From the NCBI GenBank assembly GCA_001771545.1, contig MEUC01000011.1:10071-74070 (forward strand): a DNA stretch of 64,000 nt, in the 5' to 3' direction. A program made the position numbers and the translations under genes. Source of the DNA: a candidate division WOR-1 bacterium RIFOXYB2_FULL_42_35 (lineage in GTDB: Bacteria; Margulisbacteria; WOR-1; O2-12-FULL-45-9). A model generated the notes under the pieces. It did not search any database and was not told the DNA's origin. It saw only the letters and a program-made list of their open reading frames with translations. Shown one piece after another: positions 61,750 to 64,000 of the stretch (position 1 is its first letter; every line of letters begins with the position of its first letter).

Positions 61750-62925
61750 CTAAAAACTCAGCTTAACCTCATAATACTGCGATTCTTCTACCAGGCCGGT
61801 AGTTGGATTGTAAGCCTTCTTATAGTGCGTCACCAAAGTAGTATAAGGATTAACCTTATAATAAACCACCCCACCCACTACTGCCCCATCCTGCAAATTT
61901 AAAGAGCGAAAATCAACAAAGTTTGGCTGCTCATAATATCCCGTCACACTGACTTGTTCGGAAAGTTTTGCAAAAACTTTACCGGACAAAGTTGCCTCTG
62001 TCTCATTATATTTTTCGTAGCCAATAGAAAAAGAAGCTAGATCTAAAAAGCTCAAGCCATATTGAGCTAAATAGCCGTTTTTATCATTTGTTGCTTCGGC
62101 CGAAGCCAAATTAACCGGATTAATTTCATAATCAACCCCAAAATAACCCGGAGCAAAACCCCTGTTCATCAGACGGTAAGCAACCAGAAAGGACGATTTA
62201 AACACGCTCAAATCAGCTGACCACTTTACCCCAGTGCCAAAACCATCGCCATGATCCACTAAACGAGCAACTTCAGCAAAGCCAACAAAATTCAAAGGTA
62301 AAGGAACGGTTACATCAACACCAATACCTGTTACTTTCTGAATCGTGGTCGCTCCTACCGGGGTAACCCCATCAATATCTGTTATAACTGTCTGACCAAG
62401 CGTTAACGATGGATTAACTCTCTCTTCTAAACGCAAGGCATAGACACCGGTTCTCGTGACAATAGACCTGACAACATACTGATCAAAATCAACATAACCT
62501 TGAAAAGCTTGTTGAGTATTGTTAGCCAGAAGCGGCCCAAAGTTCGCCGTGGAATAATTATCTAATAATAAACCATGCCCCCAAGTGACATTATAAAGAA
62601 TGCCATAGCGCAAACCGATCTGGCCATCATCATACTCAACATAACGCAAAACAACATTTTCATAACCAAACGGTCTCTGCTCTCCCATCGGCATATTAAC
62701 ATCTAGCCCCAAACCAAAATAACCCAATTTAAACTCTGGATGCCAGGCTAAATTACCAACTACTTCTGAGCCGACCTTGAGATAACCAATGCTCATCCCT
62801 CCCAATTGTGACTGGAGCTGTTGAGTTCCACCTCCGGGACCAGGGATATAGGAGAAGTCAAAGGCCTGGGCTGATCTAACCCCTAAGCTCAAAGCTACAA
62901 GGGAAAAAATCAAAAAAAATTTCAA
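61750..62925 (-). CDS. outer-membrane beta-barrel-like hypothetical protein
   Basis: TTG start at 62925 gives signal MKFFLIFSLVALSLGVRSAQA; terminal LSF; start uncertain. Confidence 0.7.
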   Translation of the reverse strand: MKFFLIFSLVALSLGVRSAQAFDFSYIPGPGGGTQQLQSQLGGMSIGYLKVGSEVVGNLAWHPEFKLGYFGLGLDVNMPMGEQRPFGYENVVLRYVEYDDGQIGLRYGILYNVTWGHGLLLDNYSTANFGPLLANNTQQAFQGYVDFDQYVVRSIVTRTGVYALRLEERVNPSLTLGQTVITDIDGVTPVGATTIQKVTGIGVDVTVPLPLNFVGFAEVARLVDHGDGFGTGVKWSADLSVFKSSFLVAYRLMNRGFAPGYFGVDYEINPVNLASAEATNDKNGYLAQYGLSFLDLASFSIGYEKYNETEATLSGKVFAKLSEQVSVTGYYEQPNFVDFRSLNLQDGAVVGGVVYYKVNPYTTLVTHYKKAYNPTTGLVEESQYYEVKLSF

Positions 62926-63020
62926 GCTCAAAATCCCAAAACCCAAGCATCTTGATCTTTATTCTTTGATCTTGTTTTGTTCTTTGATCTTTGCTCTTTG
63001 ATCTTCATATCTACTTCCCC

Positions 63021-64000
63021 CTAGTGTTTAAAATGCCTCCGCCCCGTAAACACCATAGCCAGGCCGGCCTCATTAGCCTTATCAATGGACTCTTGGTCTC
63101 TTTTTGAGCCACCTGGCTGAATAATGGCCGAGATGCCATGTTTAGCCGCCAACTCTACAACATCGGCAAAAGGGAAAAAAGCATCTGAGGCTAAAACTGC
63201 ACCCTTAATATCTGTCCGTGATCTTTGGACTGCCAGGCCAGCCGCTTCTATTCTGCTCATTTGACCGGCTCCGATACCCATGGCTACCCCATTTTTAACA
63301 AAAACAATGGTGTTTGATTTAACATGCTTGGCCACACCCCAGGCAAAAAATAAATCTTCCATTTCTGCCAAGCTAGGTTGTTTATTGGTAACAACTTTTA
63401 TCTCATTAATCGCCAGCTGAGCAACATCCGGTTGTTGAACCAACATTCCACCACTAACTCGTTTATAATCCAGCCCCTTAAAAGATTTGCCCATTGACTG
63501 CTCACCCATTTCGATAAGACGAATATTTTTCTTCTGTTTTAAAACTTCTAAGGCCGCAGGAGTATAGGCCGGGGCAATAACCACTTCTATAAATAAAGAG
63601 TGCATTTCCTTAGCAGTCTCTTCGTCAATCCGACGGTTGGAAGCAACAATCCCGCCAAAAGCAGAAACCGGGTCACAGGCTAAAGCTTTCTTGTATGCAG
63701 ACAAAACCGTTTTTCCTCTAGCTACACCACAAGGATTAGTATGCTTTATGATAGCCACAGTGGTATCCGCGAAATAATTAGCACACTGCCAGGCCGCTTC
63801 CATATCAACAATATTATTGAAAGAAAGCTCTTTGCCGTGTAACTGTTTCGCATTAGCTACCTTGGGACCCAAGTCCCTATTACCATTGCCTATTTCCCGA
63901 TAAAAGGCCGCTTTCTGGTGAGGATTTTCTCCATAACGTAAATCTTGCACCTTTTCCAACAGAAGCTCTGTTTCTTTGGGGAATTCATCACTGGCAACCA
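63021..64000 (-). CDS. purH: bifunctional AICAR transformylase/IMP cyclohydrolase (5' part outside window)
   Basis: LRYGENPHQ, IKHTNPCG, KSN, GAGQMSR and SDAFFPF motifs. Confidence 0.98.
   Translation of the reverse strand, partial: VASDEFPKETELLLEKVQDLRYGENPHQKAAFYREIGNGNRDLGPKVANAKQLHGKELSFNNIVDMEAAWQCANYFADTTVAIIKHTNPCGVARGKTVLSAYKKALACDPVSAFGGIVASNRRIDEETAKEMHSLFIEVVIAPAYTPAALEVLKQKKNIRLIEMGEQSMGKSFKGLDYKRVSGGMLVQQPDVAQLAINEIKVVTNKQPSLAEMEDLFFAWGVAKHVKSNTIVFVKNGVAMGIGAGQMSRIEAAGLAVQRSRTDIKGAVLASDAFFPFADVVELAAKHGISAIIQPGGSKRDQESIDKANEAGLAMVFTGRRHFKH

Overview
Gene-dense window from a diderm bacterium. The efp-accB linkage, numerous short beta-barrel proteins and orphan genes suggest a non-photosynthetic Cyanobacteria-related lineage such as Ca. 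Saganbacteria/WOR-1; this is inference only. About 1-17 kb is accessory. Two very similar Crp/Fnr genes flank a YaiO-like barrel / HEAT-repeat / processive GT2 cassette, and its glycosyltransferase is cleanly interrupted by a 173-bp IS4-like MITE with a 9-bp target-site duplication. Beside this lie a decaying cluster of small stress/envelope genes (two lmo0937-like paralogs, a DUF3494 ice-binding remnant, duplicated fragments) and CRP-like boxes. The rest is mostly core: typA, pyrK-pyrD, uvrA, dusB, MacAB-TolC, RND, tRNA-His, tRNA-Arg(TCG), hss with a decarboxylase, rdgB-purD-recJ, accB-efp, plsY-gpsA and a partial purH. Notable observations: (1) an ECF sigma/anti-sigma/VIT-vWA module whose promoter motif occurs three times, including before MacAB-TolC and over the sigma's own start codon; (2) a MarR-signal peptide-TolC fusion; (3) two unrelated orphans sharing an in-register N-terminal EF-hand leader; (4) an EF-P lacking the PGKG loop; (5) many apparently leaderless genes; (6) degenerate 7-8-bp repeat arrays that enter core genes in frame. 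All family assignments are by motif recognition; no database searches were run.
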